IMG/VR virus record: IMGVR_UViG_3300042549_004104
Span: 32,001-96,000 of that record
From: a virus
Taxonomy: Duplodnaviria > Heunggongvirae > Uroviricota > Caudoviricetes
Length of the DNA: 64,000 nt
Reading direction: 5' to 3' (one strand)
How positions within the stretch are numbered: the stretch's first letter is position 1; the number at the start of each line of letters is the position of its first letter. The position numbers and the translations under genes are program-made. This document shows, piece by piece, positions 43,354-53,042 of this stretch. The notes beneath the pieces are model-generated. The model made no database searches. It saw nothing but the letters and a program-made list of their open reading frames with translations, and was not told the DNA's origin.

Positions 43354-46300
43354 TTACGTGTTAATGTAAGTAGTAACTATATTTACCTTTGCATTAGCAC
43401 TTGCTGATGTAGCATATAATGTTACGTTGCCTGATACCCCGTTAACATTACTAGATAATTCAATAATGTCAGCAGATATATTAGAACAAACACTTCCGTA
43501 AATTGTTATATAAGCAGTTGACCCATTATGTACCAATAGTGTTTCTACCGATTGATAACCGTCATCGCCGCTTGCAGAGATTATGTACTTAGCTGTTCTA
43601 TACGTAGTTGGAACAAATTGGTCAATAACTGTACTAGTAGTTACACTGACATTACTACGATCACTTGTAATTCCAGTTGTCAAACTGACTACATCAATAG
43701 TAGCTGTTCCTGAAACATCCAAACTTGTAAGTGTACCAACGCTTGTGATATTTGGCTGAGCATTTGTGTATACTGTACCAGCAATTAATGCATTACCGAC
43801 TTGACCTGATACGTTAGCACCGGCTACACTATTTGCAATGTTTGCATAATGACTTTGTACTGCACTTGCAACATTACCTGAAACATTAGCACCGGTTACT
43901 GAGTTAGCTATATTTGCATAATGACTTTGTACCGCAAATGATACGTTACCTGATACGTTACTACCGGTAATGAATGTAATACCTGCGCCATTTGCTGTAA
44001 TATTTGTTACACTTAAAGTATTTGTACCTTTATTAAATGTAAAGTTATTGCTACCGGCAAATGCATCATCATCATTAAACTGAACTGTAGTGTTTGCACC
44101 AGATGCATTTGCTACAAGGTCGTATGGTGCTCCGTTAGAATAGTAAATACCGTCAGTTAACAAATTACCTGTGGTAGCATTACCGGTTACAACCAAACTA
44201 GTTAAATTACCCAATGAAGTTATATTTGGCTGAGCATTTGTGTATACTGTACCTGCGACTAGTGCGTTACCAACTTGACCACTGACGTTAGCACCTGTAA
44301 TTGAAGTTAATAAACTACCATTGCCACTGAAGTAATTAGCAATTACATAGTTAGCACCTGATATATTACCTGTACCTGCGCCACTTGTTGCAATACTTCC
44401 AACTGTCAATGTACCAGTAACGTTTGCATTACCTGCAGTTACGTTACCAGTAATATCCAAACTAGTTAGTGTACCAACACTTGTAATGTTAGGTTGTGCG
44501 TTAGTGTATACTGTTCCAGCAATTAATGCATTACCAACTTGACCTGATACGTTAGCGCCTGCTACTGAGTTAGCTATATCAGCATAATATGCATGTACTG
44601 CATCTGCAACATTACCTGAAACATTAGCACCGGCTACTGAGTTAGCTACGTCAGCATAATATGCATGTACTGCATCTGCAACATTACCTGTCACATTAGC
44701 GCCAGTGATACTTGTTAATGTTGCACCATTACCAATGAAATAATTAGCAGATATATTTCCAGTAACACTTAAGCTACTTAATGTACCAACACTTGTAATG
44801 TTAGGCTGAGCATTTGTTGTGACAGTGCCTGCAGTGTTAGCAAAGTTTGCATTGCCTACGTTACCTATATTAGAACTGTTTAAATTTGTTAATAAACTAC
44901 CATCACCACTGAAGTAATTAGCAACAACTAAATTACCTAAGCTAGCATTTACCGCAGTAATATTTCCAGTAGATGTAAAAGCACCGGTTTGAAACGGAGC
45001 ATATGTACCATTAGCAAAATCAATAACTGTAGTTGGTTCTGCAACTACTTTGTCATATAGTTTATATGTTCCATCACTTGCATCTCTTGCCAATCCAGTG
45101 TGGTAACCATTTCCGTCATCATAGCTAGCAACGAATCCCAAATCATACAAATTAGCTACATTGTTTGCACCTATGAAAATTAACGGGTCACCGACTACCA
45201 AGTCAGTAACATTTTGATAATTCAAGTTACCAGTAGCATTAATATTACCTGTAATATTTAAGTTACCAGTAACTGTTAATCCCAACAATGTGCCTGTACT
45301 AGTAATATTTGGCTGAGCATTAGTATAAACTGTTCCAGCAATTAATGCGTTACCAACTTGACCATTTACATTTGATCCAGTTAATCCTGTTAATAAACTA
45401 CCATTGCCACTGAAGTAATTAGCAATTACATAGTTAGCACCTGATATGTTACCAGTTCCTGCGCCACTTGTTGCGATACTGCCGGCAGTTAATGTACCGG
45501 TTACATTTGCATTACCTGTAGTTACATTACCAGTAATATCCAAACTACTTAATGTGCCAACACTAGTAATATTTGGTTGAGCATTTGTGTATACTGTGCC
45601 AGCAATTAATGCATTACCAACTTGTCCACTTACATTGGCACCAGCCACTGAGTTTGCAATATTAGCATAATGTGATTGTACTGCACTAGAAACGTTACCA
45701 TTTACGTTAGCACCAGTGATGTACGTAAATCCAGCACCATTACCTGCAAAGTTTGTAGCGGTTAATGTATTTGTTCCTTTATCAAAGGTGAATGCAGTTG
45801 ATGCGCCAAATGATCCACCGTCGTTGAATTGAACTTGTGTGTTACTACCAGCAATACCAGTTGATCCAGCACTTGCAAATGTTAATACACCTGAACCATT
45901 AGTTTGAAGAACATATCCAGCGGCACCGCCGGTGATATGAACATTACCAACGTCTCCTAAACTTACATTACTTGCAGTTGTAAAATTGATTGTACCACCA
46001 CTTGTCAAGTTTGAGAGTGTACCTAAACTTGTAATGTTTGGTTGTGCAGCCGTTGTTACCGTACTTGCTGTATTCGCTGTGGTCGCTAGTGGAACATAAC
46101 CTGTTACGTTAGCACCAGTGATATCTGTTAGTGTACTACCATTACCAGTAAAATAATTAGCAGATAGATTACCTGATATTGACAAGCTACTTAATGTACC
46201 TAGACTTGTAATATTGGGTTGTGCCGCAGTCGTTACAGTACCTGCAGTCGTTGCTGAACCAGCTGTGTTTGCAGCCGTTGCATTTGGTACATAACCAGTT

Positions 46301-46497
46301 ACGTTGGCCCCGGTAATACTAGTTAATAAACTACCATTACCACTAAAATAGTTCGCAGTTACTAAATTACCTAAATTAGCAGAAGTACCGCTTACTAAAG
46401 TAATATTACCTACGTTACTAACATTGCCGGATGCCGCATCAATTACTACGTTACCTGTTTGTATACCTTGTTTTACATTAAAATACAGTGTTGTCAT
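43354..46497 (-). CDS. Asn-rich fibre shaft protein (1047 aa)
   Basis: N-terminal YFNVKQG, AQPNITS repeats, DLVVGDPLIF domain, and C-terminal YRTAKY...YQSVETLLVHNG...IYGS domain. Confidence 0.83.
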   Translation of the reverse strand: MTTLYFNVKQGIQTGNVVIDAASGNVSNVGNITLVSGTSANLGNLVTANYFSGNGSLLTSITGANVTGYVPNATAANTAGSATTAGTVTTAAQPNITSLGTLSSLSISGNLSANYFTGNGSTLTDITGANVTGYVPLATTANTASTVTTAAQPNITSLGTLSNLTSGGTINFTTASNVSLGDVGNVHITGGAAGYVLQTNGSGVLTFASAGSTGIAGSNTQVQFNDGGSFGASTAFTFDKGTNTLTATNFAGNGAGFTYITGANVNGNVSSAVQSHYANIANSVAGANVSGQVGNALIAGTVYTNAQPNITSVGTLSSLDITGNVTTGNANVTGTLTAGSIATSGAGTGNISGANYVIANYFSGNGSLLTGLTGSNVNGQVGNALIAGTVYTNAQPNITSTGTLLGLTVTGNLNITGNINATGNLNYQNVTDLVVGDPLIFIGANNVANLYDLGFVASYDDGNGYHTGLARDASDGTYKLYDKVVAEPTTVIDFANGTYAPFQTGAFTSTGNITAVNASLGNLVVANYFSGDGSLLTNLNSSNIGNVGNANFANTAGTVTTNAQPNITSVGTLSSLSVTGNISANYFIGNGATLTSITGANVTGNVADAVHAYYADVANSVAGANVSGNVADAVHAYYADIANSVAGANVSGQVGNALIAGTVYTNAQPNITSVGTLTSLDITGNVTAGNANVTGTLTVGSIATSGAGTGNISGANYVIANYFSGNGSLLTSITGANVSGQVGNALVAGTVYTNAQPNITSLGNLTSLVVTGNATTGNLLTDGIYYSNGAPYDLVANASGANTTVQFNDDDAFAGSNNFTFNKGTNTLSVTNITANGAGITFITGSNVSGNVSFAVQSHYANIANSVTGANVSGNVASAVQSHYANIANSVAGANVSGQVGNALIAGTVYTNAQPNITSVGTLTSLDVSGTATIDVVSLTTGITSDRSNVSVTTSTVIDQFVPTTYRTAKYIISASGDDGYQSVETLLVHNGSTAYITIYGSVCSNISADIIELSSNVNGVSGNVTLYATSASANAKVNIVTTYINT

Positions 46498-46520
46498 TTT
46501 ATTTCCTTTTTATTTCTGCG

Positions 46521-49500
46521 TTAATCCGCTACATAAGTTCCTACGAAATTTACTGTCGTATTAGCAGAAATAGTATTTGCTAATAATCTAACATTTCCAG
46601 AATTAATATTACTAAACAATGTAACAATATCAGTGCCTATCGTTGATAGACTTCCATAAATTGTCACATAACTATCAATTCCGTCATGTATCAATAAAAC
46701 CTCAACAGCTTGATACCCATCATCGCTGTTTACCCTCATAGTGTATTTAGCTGACCTATATTTATTTACCGAAAAGCTATCTACTACTGTGTTTGTAGTA
46801 ACAGAAACTGGAGTTCTATTACTGTATAAATCATTAACTTTTAAGTTTGTTATTGTTGCTGTATTAGAAACTACCAAATTGCCTACGGTAGAGATGTTTC
46901 CGGCTATTAAATTACCTTGAACATTAGTATTTCCTAAGGTACTACCTATGGTAACGTTAGAATTTAGACCAAGATTAATGTTGTCTATACCAGACGAGAA
47001 AACTCCCGCATTTGATCCAGAAACTGTTATCAAACCAGCATCAAAACTTATAGAAGTTGTATCAATATTAGTAACATTTAATGTGTTAGATGATTTATTG
47101 AATGTAAAGTTTGCGACATTTCCAATATTTCCGTTATCATTAAATAACACCGTTGTGTTACTACCGATTGATATAGATCCATAAGATACAATTTCTACAA
47201 TTTCTCCACTTAGTGGTGGACTAGAAAATGTAACATTTGATCCACTTAAGCTATATGCGGCATCTTGTTGTGTTATACCATCAATGTTAACTAACAATGA
47301 TGCTTCGCTTGCCGGGATAGTGGTCAATCCAAATATTGTCTGAACACCATTACCAGTAAAACTGTTTTTAGTAATATTAACAAATCCAGGACCTGTACTG
47401 CCACCGGCTGCTTGCCAGCTTAGATCACCTGATCCATTTGTGGTTAATACATATCCTGCAATGCCTCCTGTAATTGCAATGTTACTTACTGGTCCTAAAT
47501 CTGACGATCCATTAACCGTTAGACTAGTTAAAGTACCTAAACTTGTGATATTTGGTTGTGCGTTTGTGTACACCGTGCCTGCAATTAATGCGTTAGATAC
47601 CTGACCACTTACATTGCCACCGGATACTGAGTTTGCGATATTAGCCCAATTACTTGTTATAGCATAACTGACATTACCTGATACATTACTACCTGATACT
47701 GAGTTTGCTACATCTGCATAATATGCATGTACCGCATCTGCAACGTTACCACTAACATTACTGCCGGACACTGAGTTTGCTACGTCTGCATAATATGCAT
47801 GTACCGCATCTGTGACATTACCTGATACATTACTACCTGATACTGAGTTTGCTACGTCTGCATAATATGCATGTACCGCATCTGCAACGTTACCACTAAC
47901 ATTACTGCCGGATACTGAATTTGCAATATTAGCCCAATTACTTGTTATGGCATAACTGACATTACCAGTTACATTACTACCTGATACTGAATTTGCTATG
48001 TCTGCATAATATGCATGTATTGCGTCTGTGACATTACCTGATACGTTTGCACCTGATACTGAATTTGCAACGTTAGCCCAATTACTTGTGATAGCCCATG
48101 TTACATTACCAATAATATTAGCGCCAGTTATATTTGTTAATGTCGCCCCATTACCGATAAAATAATTTGCACTAACATTACCCGTGTACGTCGGTAGATA
48201 TGCGGCTACATTTACATTTGAATAGCTTTCTGGCAAACCGGTTAGTTGACTTCCGTTACCAATAAAATAATTAGCAGTTATATTTGCTGTAGTAGTGACA
48301 GCACCTGTTAATGAAACTAAATTACCTGTATATGTTGGAAGATATGCGGCTACATTTGTATTGCTATATGATCCAATAATATTGGCAGCATTAATGTTTG
48401 ATAATAAGCTACCATCACCTATGAAATAATTTGCACGAATGTTACCCAAACTATTATAAGTGACCACTTCATTTGTTACAGAAACATTACTACCAAATGT
48501 AAACTCACCATTACTATTATCCCATCCCATGAACGCATTGACAGGTTCAGTGGTATAATAATGCAATAATGTTCCTCGGTCTTTACCATCGTCGGTCGTT
48601 AATGGTGCACCATTTGCACCACCGCCCATTTCAATTATTGGATCTTTTACATATAAATTAGTGACGTTTATATATTCAGTTGTTCCGCTTACAGTTAAAT
48701 TTCCTGTAATAATTGCATTTCCCGAAACATCTAAACTTGTAAGTGTACCGATACTAGTAATATTTGGTTGTGCATTTGTGTACACAGTGCCTGCAATTAA
48801 TGCGTTAGCTACTTGACCGGTTACATTTGCGCCGGCTACACTATTTGCGGTGTCAGCATAATATGCATGTATTGCGTCTGTGACATTACCACTAACATTA
48901 CTGCCGGCCACCGAATTTGCAATATTAGCATAATTACTAGTGATTGCGTAATTGACATTACCCGATACATTTGCACCGGATACTGAGTTTGCTACGTCTG
49001 CATAATATGCGTGTACTGCATCTGCAACATTGCCCGATACATTTGCACCGGATACTGAGTTTGCTACGTCTGCATAATATGCATGTATTGCGTCTGTGAC
49101 ATTACCCGATACATTACTACCTGACACTGCGTTGGCAGTATTTGCGTAATTACTTGTTATGGCATAACTAACATTACCTGATACATTACTGCCGGAAACT
49201 GAGTTAGCTACATCAGCATAATATGCGTGTACTGCATCTGCAACATTGCCCGATACATTACTACCGGATACTGAGTTTGCTACATTAGCCCAATTACTTG
49301 TTATGGCGTAATTAACATTACCTGATACATTTGCACCGGATACTGAGTTTGCTACATTAGCCCAATTACTTGTTATGGCGTAATTAACATTACCTGATAC
49401 ATTTGCACCGGATACTGAGTTTGCAATATTAGCATAGTGTGATTGTACTGCACTTGATACATTACCTGATACGTTTGATCCTGTTATAAATGTTAATGTT

Positions 49501-52500
49501 GCTCCATTACCAATGAAATAATTAGCAGAAACATTACCGGTATAAGTTGGAAGATAATTAGCTACATTACTATTACTGTATGCTCCAACTAAGTTAGATG
49601 CATTAATGTTTGTCAATAAGCTGCCATCACCTATGAAATAATTTGCACGAATATTACCAAGATTATTAAAGGTTACTACTTCATTAGTTACTGATACATT
49701 GCTACCAAATGCAAATTCTCCGTTACTATTATCCCATCCCATGAATGCGTCAATTGGGCTAGTAGTATAGTAATGTAATAAACTACCTCTATCTTTACCG
49801 TCGTTTGTAGTCAATGGCGCGCCATTTGCACCGCCGCCCATTTCAATTATTGGATCCTGAACAACAAGAGAATCAACGTTGATATAATTAACATTACCTG
49901 ATACTGTTAAATTACCTGCAATTGTTGTGTTTCCAGATACAACTAAACTTGTTAAATTGCCTAAACTGGTTATATTTGGTTGTGCATTTATATATACGGT
50001 ACCGGCTATCAATGCATTACCTACTTGGCCACTTACATTAGCACCGGCTACTGAGTTTGCTATATTTGCCCAATTGCTTGTTATAGCCCATGATACATTG
50101 CCACTGACATTACTGCCATCTACTGAGTTTGCTATGTTTGCATAATGACTTTGTATTGCATTATTTACATTACCGTTAACGTTACTACCAGTAATAAATG
50201 TTATTCCTGAACCATTTGCAATTATACTAGTAACGGATAACGTATTAGTTGTTTTATCAAATGTAAAGTTTGCACTTCCTGCAAAATTATTACTATCATT
50301 AAATTGAACTTGAGTGTTTAACCCACCAGCAGATGTTGCAAAATTATATGGAACACCATTAGCATATAATAGATTATCTGATTTTACATTACCTGCTGTA
50401 ACGTTTGCTGTTGCAACAAGATTTGTTGCAGTTAATGTGTTAGTAGTAGTATTAAATGTAAAGTTATTAGTTCCGGCTAAAGAGTTACCATTAATGAATA
50501 AAACTTGTTCATCAGATTGAGTAATTGACAACGCACCGAATGTTGTAACTTCAATATTGGCTCCTGACACTGGAGGGGAAGTAAAGACAACATTACTTCC
50601 TACAATATCATATACGTACCCTTGTTGTATTAATCCATTTAAATTAACTTCAACTGCATCTTCACCGTTTGGTACTGTTGTAAGTGCAAAAGAAGTTTGA
50701 ACTCCGTTAGCTACAAAATTATCTTTTCTTATTGAAACAAATCCTGGACCGCTATTGCTTGTGGCTTCCCAAGATAATTCCCCGTATCCATCTGTAGTTA
50801 ATACATATCCTGCAGAACCACCGGTAATAATAACATTACTAATGTTTCCTAAATTACTAACTCCATTTACTAGTAAACCAGTAAGTGTTCCTAAACTTGT
50901 AATGTTAGGTTGTACGGCAGTTGTCAGTGTACCGCTGAAATAATTTGCTTGTGCTAAGTTACCTAAATTAGCATTGTTTGTTAGAATGTTACCTGCAAGT
51001 GTTAATATGTTTGTAGATTTATCAAAAGTAAGATTTGCACTTGCACCAAAACTATTACTATCATTAAATTGAAGTTGAGTATTACTTCCACCGGGAAGTT
51101 GTAAGTCCCATGCTTGACCATTTGCGTACATTAAATTATCAGTAAGAACATTACCTGCTGATAAATTAGCTGTTACATCTACGTAATTTGCAGTTACTAA
51201 ATTACCTAAACTTGCATTAGATGTTACTATATTTCCAGTTAACGTTAATATTGATGTTGTTTTATCAAAAGTAAAATTAGTATTACCGCCTAAAACTCCA
51301 CCGTCGTTAAACTGAACATCTCTATTACTACCTCCTGCTGCCGCAGTGTCAATACCCCAACTTAAATTACCAGTACCATCTGTTTTTAAAACATATCCAG
51401 AACTACCTCCTAGTATATGCAAATTACTTATATCACCTAAACTTACATTAGCAGTTGTGTTAAAATTAACTATCCCGGTAACATTGCTTACTGTCAAACC
51501 AACTAAATTACCTACACTTTCAATATAGGGTTGATGTGTTGTAGTAATAATTCCAGTGAAATAATTAGCTGTTACTAAATTTCCACCTGATATATTACCT
51601 GAACTTATATTACCTGAATTTATATTACCGGTAACTGATAAGTTAGATAAAGTACCTAAACTTATAATATTTGGTTGACTTGCTGTAGTTAATGTTCCAG
51701 TGAAATAATTAGCAGTTACTAAATTTCCACCTGATATATTACCTGAATTTATATTACCGGTAACTGATAAGTTAGATAAAGTACCTAAACTTGTAATATT
51801 TGGTTGACTTGCTGTAGTTAATGTTCCAGTGAAATAATTAGCAGTTACTAAATTTCCAGCTTGTATGTATCCTGAGCCACCCAATGTTAAACTATTACCG
51901 GTTGCGCTATCAATATCAGGAGTTACGAATTGTGCGTTAGCTTTTACACGTAATACATCACTATTGATTTCAATAGTAACATTATCTACATTGACAGAAA
52001 AAACTGTACCAGTAAGACTTAAGCCATTACCTGCTTCATAAGTTCCAGCTCCTGAAAATTGTTGCCATTCAATTGAGTCTGTACCAATTGTAGTAACATT
52101 ATCTGTTTGTACCCATCCTGTATTTTGATAAACATTACCGTCAGTAACAAATGTAAAATCACCACCTTCAATTTCAGCAGGTGTATTAAAATCAGTTGCA
52201 CGTGTTAATACTGTTCCACCGGTTGCCCAAGTATATATACCATTCCATGTTAAATTTGCTTCATTCTTGACAAGAATTCTATCAAGATTTTGCAAAGAAT
52301 ATGTATCTATGGTAGTTATTGAACCACCTGTTATAACTAAATTTGCCCCAACTCCAGATGCACCGTTATTATATGCAACTGTTCCGCCTGACAGAGTAGC
52401 AATATTTGCAGTAGTAGCTACCTTACAACTATCATGTACATTTAATCCTTGCGCTACATCGTCTACATATTTTTTAGTTGCCGCATCATTATCAAATTGC

Positions 52501-53021
52501 GGAGTAGACAGATTTGTAATTCTGGTATCATTAACATCTATTGTACCATTTCCAGTTGTCGTTAAACTTATTGAACTATTACCTGAGCCGGCGTATAAAT
52601 TTAAATCTCCGGCTAAAGAATAATAATTACTTGAATTTATATAATTTGCATATACGTTGGCTGAATTTGAATTTGTAGTGACTGATAAATTAGTAACAGC
52701 AAGAGTATTACTCGCTATATCAAAAGTAAAATTAGAACTAGAACCAAACGAACTATTATTATTAAATTGAACCTGCGTATTAGATCCGGCTACTCCCGTA
52801 GAACTTGGGTTAACAAATATCAAATTTCCTGAACCATCGGTCTGTAATACGTAACCTGAACTACCGCCGGTTATAGTAATGTTACCAACATTACCTAAAT
52901 TACTTTTATTAGCTACTACTAAACTATTCGCACTAACGTTAGCAACATTGTCAATAACGGCAATTGGGGTATCACTACCTACTGAGAACCCGTCTATCGA
53001 ATTAAACTTTTTAATTGCCAT
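46521..53021 (-). CDS. very long Asn-rich fibre shaft protein (2166 aa)
   Basis: N-terminal FNSIDGFSVG; DAATKKYVD...DRILVKNE...NGIY...RATDF phage tail-fibre domain; 72-bp repeat arrays; C-terminal YRSAKY...LLIHDG...IYGS domain. Confidence 0.85.
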   Translation of the reverse strand: MAIKKFNSIDGFSVGSDTPIAVIDNVANVSANSLVVANKSNLGNVGNITITGGSSGYVLQTDGSGNLIFVNPSSTGVAGSNTQVQFNNNSSFGSSSNFTFDIASNTLAVTNLSVTTNSNSANVYANYINSSNYYSLAGDLNLYAGSGNSSISLTTTGNGTIDVNDTRITNLSTPQFDNDAATKKYVDDVAQGLNVHDSCKVATTANIATLSGGTVAYNNGASGVGANLVITGGSITTIDTYSLQNLDRILVKNEANLTWNGIYTWATGGTVLTRATDFNTPAEIEGGDFTFVTDGNVYQNTGWVQTDNVTTIGTDSIEWQQFSGAGTYEAGNGLSLTGTVFSVNVDNVTIEINSDVLRVKANAQFVTPDIDSATGNSLTLGGSGYIQAGNLVTANYFTGTLTTASQPNITSLGTLSNLSVTGNINSGNISGGNLVTANYFTGTLTTASQPNIISLGTLSNLSVTGNINSGNISSGNISGGNLVTANYFTGIITTTHQPYIESVGNLVGLTVSNVTGIVNFNTTANVSLGDISNLHILGGSSGYVLKTDGTGNLSWGIDTAAAGGSNRDVQFNDGGVLGGNTNFTFDKTTSILTLTGNIVTSNASLGNLVTANYVDVTANLSAGNVLTDNLMYANGQAWDLQLPGGSNTQLQFNDSNSFGASANLTFDKSTNILTLAGNILTNNANLGNLAQANYFSGTLTTAVQPNITSLGTLTGLLVNGVSNLGNISNVIITGGSAGYVLTTDGYGELSWEATSNSGPGFVSIRKDNFVANGVQTSFALTTVPNGEDAVEVNLNGLIQQGYVYDIVGSNVVFTSPPVSGANIEVTTFGALSITQSDEQVLFINGNSLAGTNNFTFNTTTNTLTATNLVATANVTAGNVKSDNLLYANGVPYNFATSAGGLNTQVQFNDSNNFAGSANFTFDKTTNTLSVTSIIANGSGITFITGSNVNGNVNNAIQSHYANIANSVDGSNVSGNVSWAITSNWANIANSVAGANVSGQVGNALIAGTVYINAQPNITSLGNLTSLVVSGNTTIAGNLTVSGNVNYINVDSLVVQDPIIEMGGGANGAPLTTNDGKDRGSLLHYYTTSPIDAFMGWDNSNGEFAFGSNVSVTNEVVTFNNLGNIRANYFIGDGSLLTNINASNLVGAYSNSNVANYLPTYTGNVSANYFIGNGATLTFITGSNVSGNVSSAVQSHYANIANSVSGANVSGNVNYAITSNWANVANSVSGANVSGNVNYAITSNWANVANSVSGSNVSGNVADAVHAYYADVANSVSGSNVSGNVSYAITSNYANTANAVSGSNVSGNVTDAIHAYYADVANSVSGANVSGNVADAVHAYYADVANSVSGANVSGNVNYAITSNYANIANSVAGSNVSGNVTDAIHAYYADTANSVAGANVTGQVANALIAGTVYTNAQPNITSIGTLTSLDVSGNAIITGNLTVSGTTEYINVTNLYVKDPIIEMGGGANGAPLTTDDGKDRGTLLHYYTTEPVNAFMGWDNSNGEFTFGSNVSVTNEVVTYNSLGNIRANYFIGDGSLLSNINAANIIGSYSNTNVAAYLPTYTGNLVSLTGAVTTTANITANYFIGNGSQLTGLPESYSNVNVAAYLPTYTGNVSANYFIGNGATLTNITGANIIGNVTWAITSNWANVANSVSGANVSGNVTDAIHAYYADIANSVSGSNVTGNVSYAITSNWANIANSVSGSNVSGNVADAVHAYYADVANSVSGSNVSGNVTDAVHAYYADVANSVSGSNVSGNVADAVHAYYADVANSVSGSNVSGNVSYAITSNWANIANSVSGGNVSGQVSNALIAGTVYTNAQPNITSLGTLTSLTVNGSSDLGPVSNIAITGGIAGYVLTTNGSGDLSWQAAGGSTGPGFVNITKNSFTGNGVQTIFGLTTIPASEASLLVNIDGITQQDAAYSLSGSNVTFSSPPLSGEIVEIVSYGSISIGSNTTVLFNDNGNIGNVANFTFNKSSNTLNVTNIDTTSISFDAGLITVSGSNAGVFSSGIDNINLGLNSNVTIGSTLGNTNVQGNLIAGNISTVGNLVVSNTATITNLKVNDLYSNRTPVSVTTNTVVDSFSVNKYRSAKYTMRVNSDDGYQAVEVLLIHDGIDSYVTIYGSLSTIGTDIVTLFSNINSGNVRLLANTISANTTVNFVGTYVAD
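47615..48115 (-). repeat. intragenic tandem array of ~7 x 72 bp (24 aa)
   Basis: Units of ANSVSG(S/A)NV(S/T)GNV plus xDA(V/I)HAYYAD or xxAITSNWAN; boundaries approximate. Confidence 0.85.
48830..49480 (-). repeat. intragenic tandem array of ~9 x 72 bp (24 aa)
   Basis: ccggatactgagtttgc recurs at 49264, 49336 and 49408 (period 72). Confidence 0.88.
51606..51858 (-). repeat. near-exact tandem duplication with 129-bp period
   Basis: tatattacctgaatttatattaccggtaactgataag... starts at both 51606 and 51735; a partial third copy lies to the left. Confidence 0.85.
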
Positions 53022-53042
53022 AATAAGTCATTTGGCCTTTAA

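Noticed and set aside
47615-49480. Regular ~72-bp periodicity resembling a CRISPR array
   Set aside because: The units are in-frame coding repeats, the 'spacers' recur as a few related types, and there are no cas genes or leader.
580-52201. Short alternative-frame minus-strand ORFs (580..783, 7044..7241, 11606..11866, 13382..13585, 21872..22117, 22965..23246, 28657..28878, 52019..52201)
   Set aside because: They are nested in, or almost wholly overlap, well-supported genes; the Val/Glu-rich translations are off-frame readings of Gly codons; no slippery site was identified.
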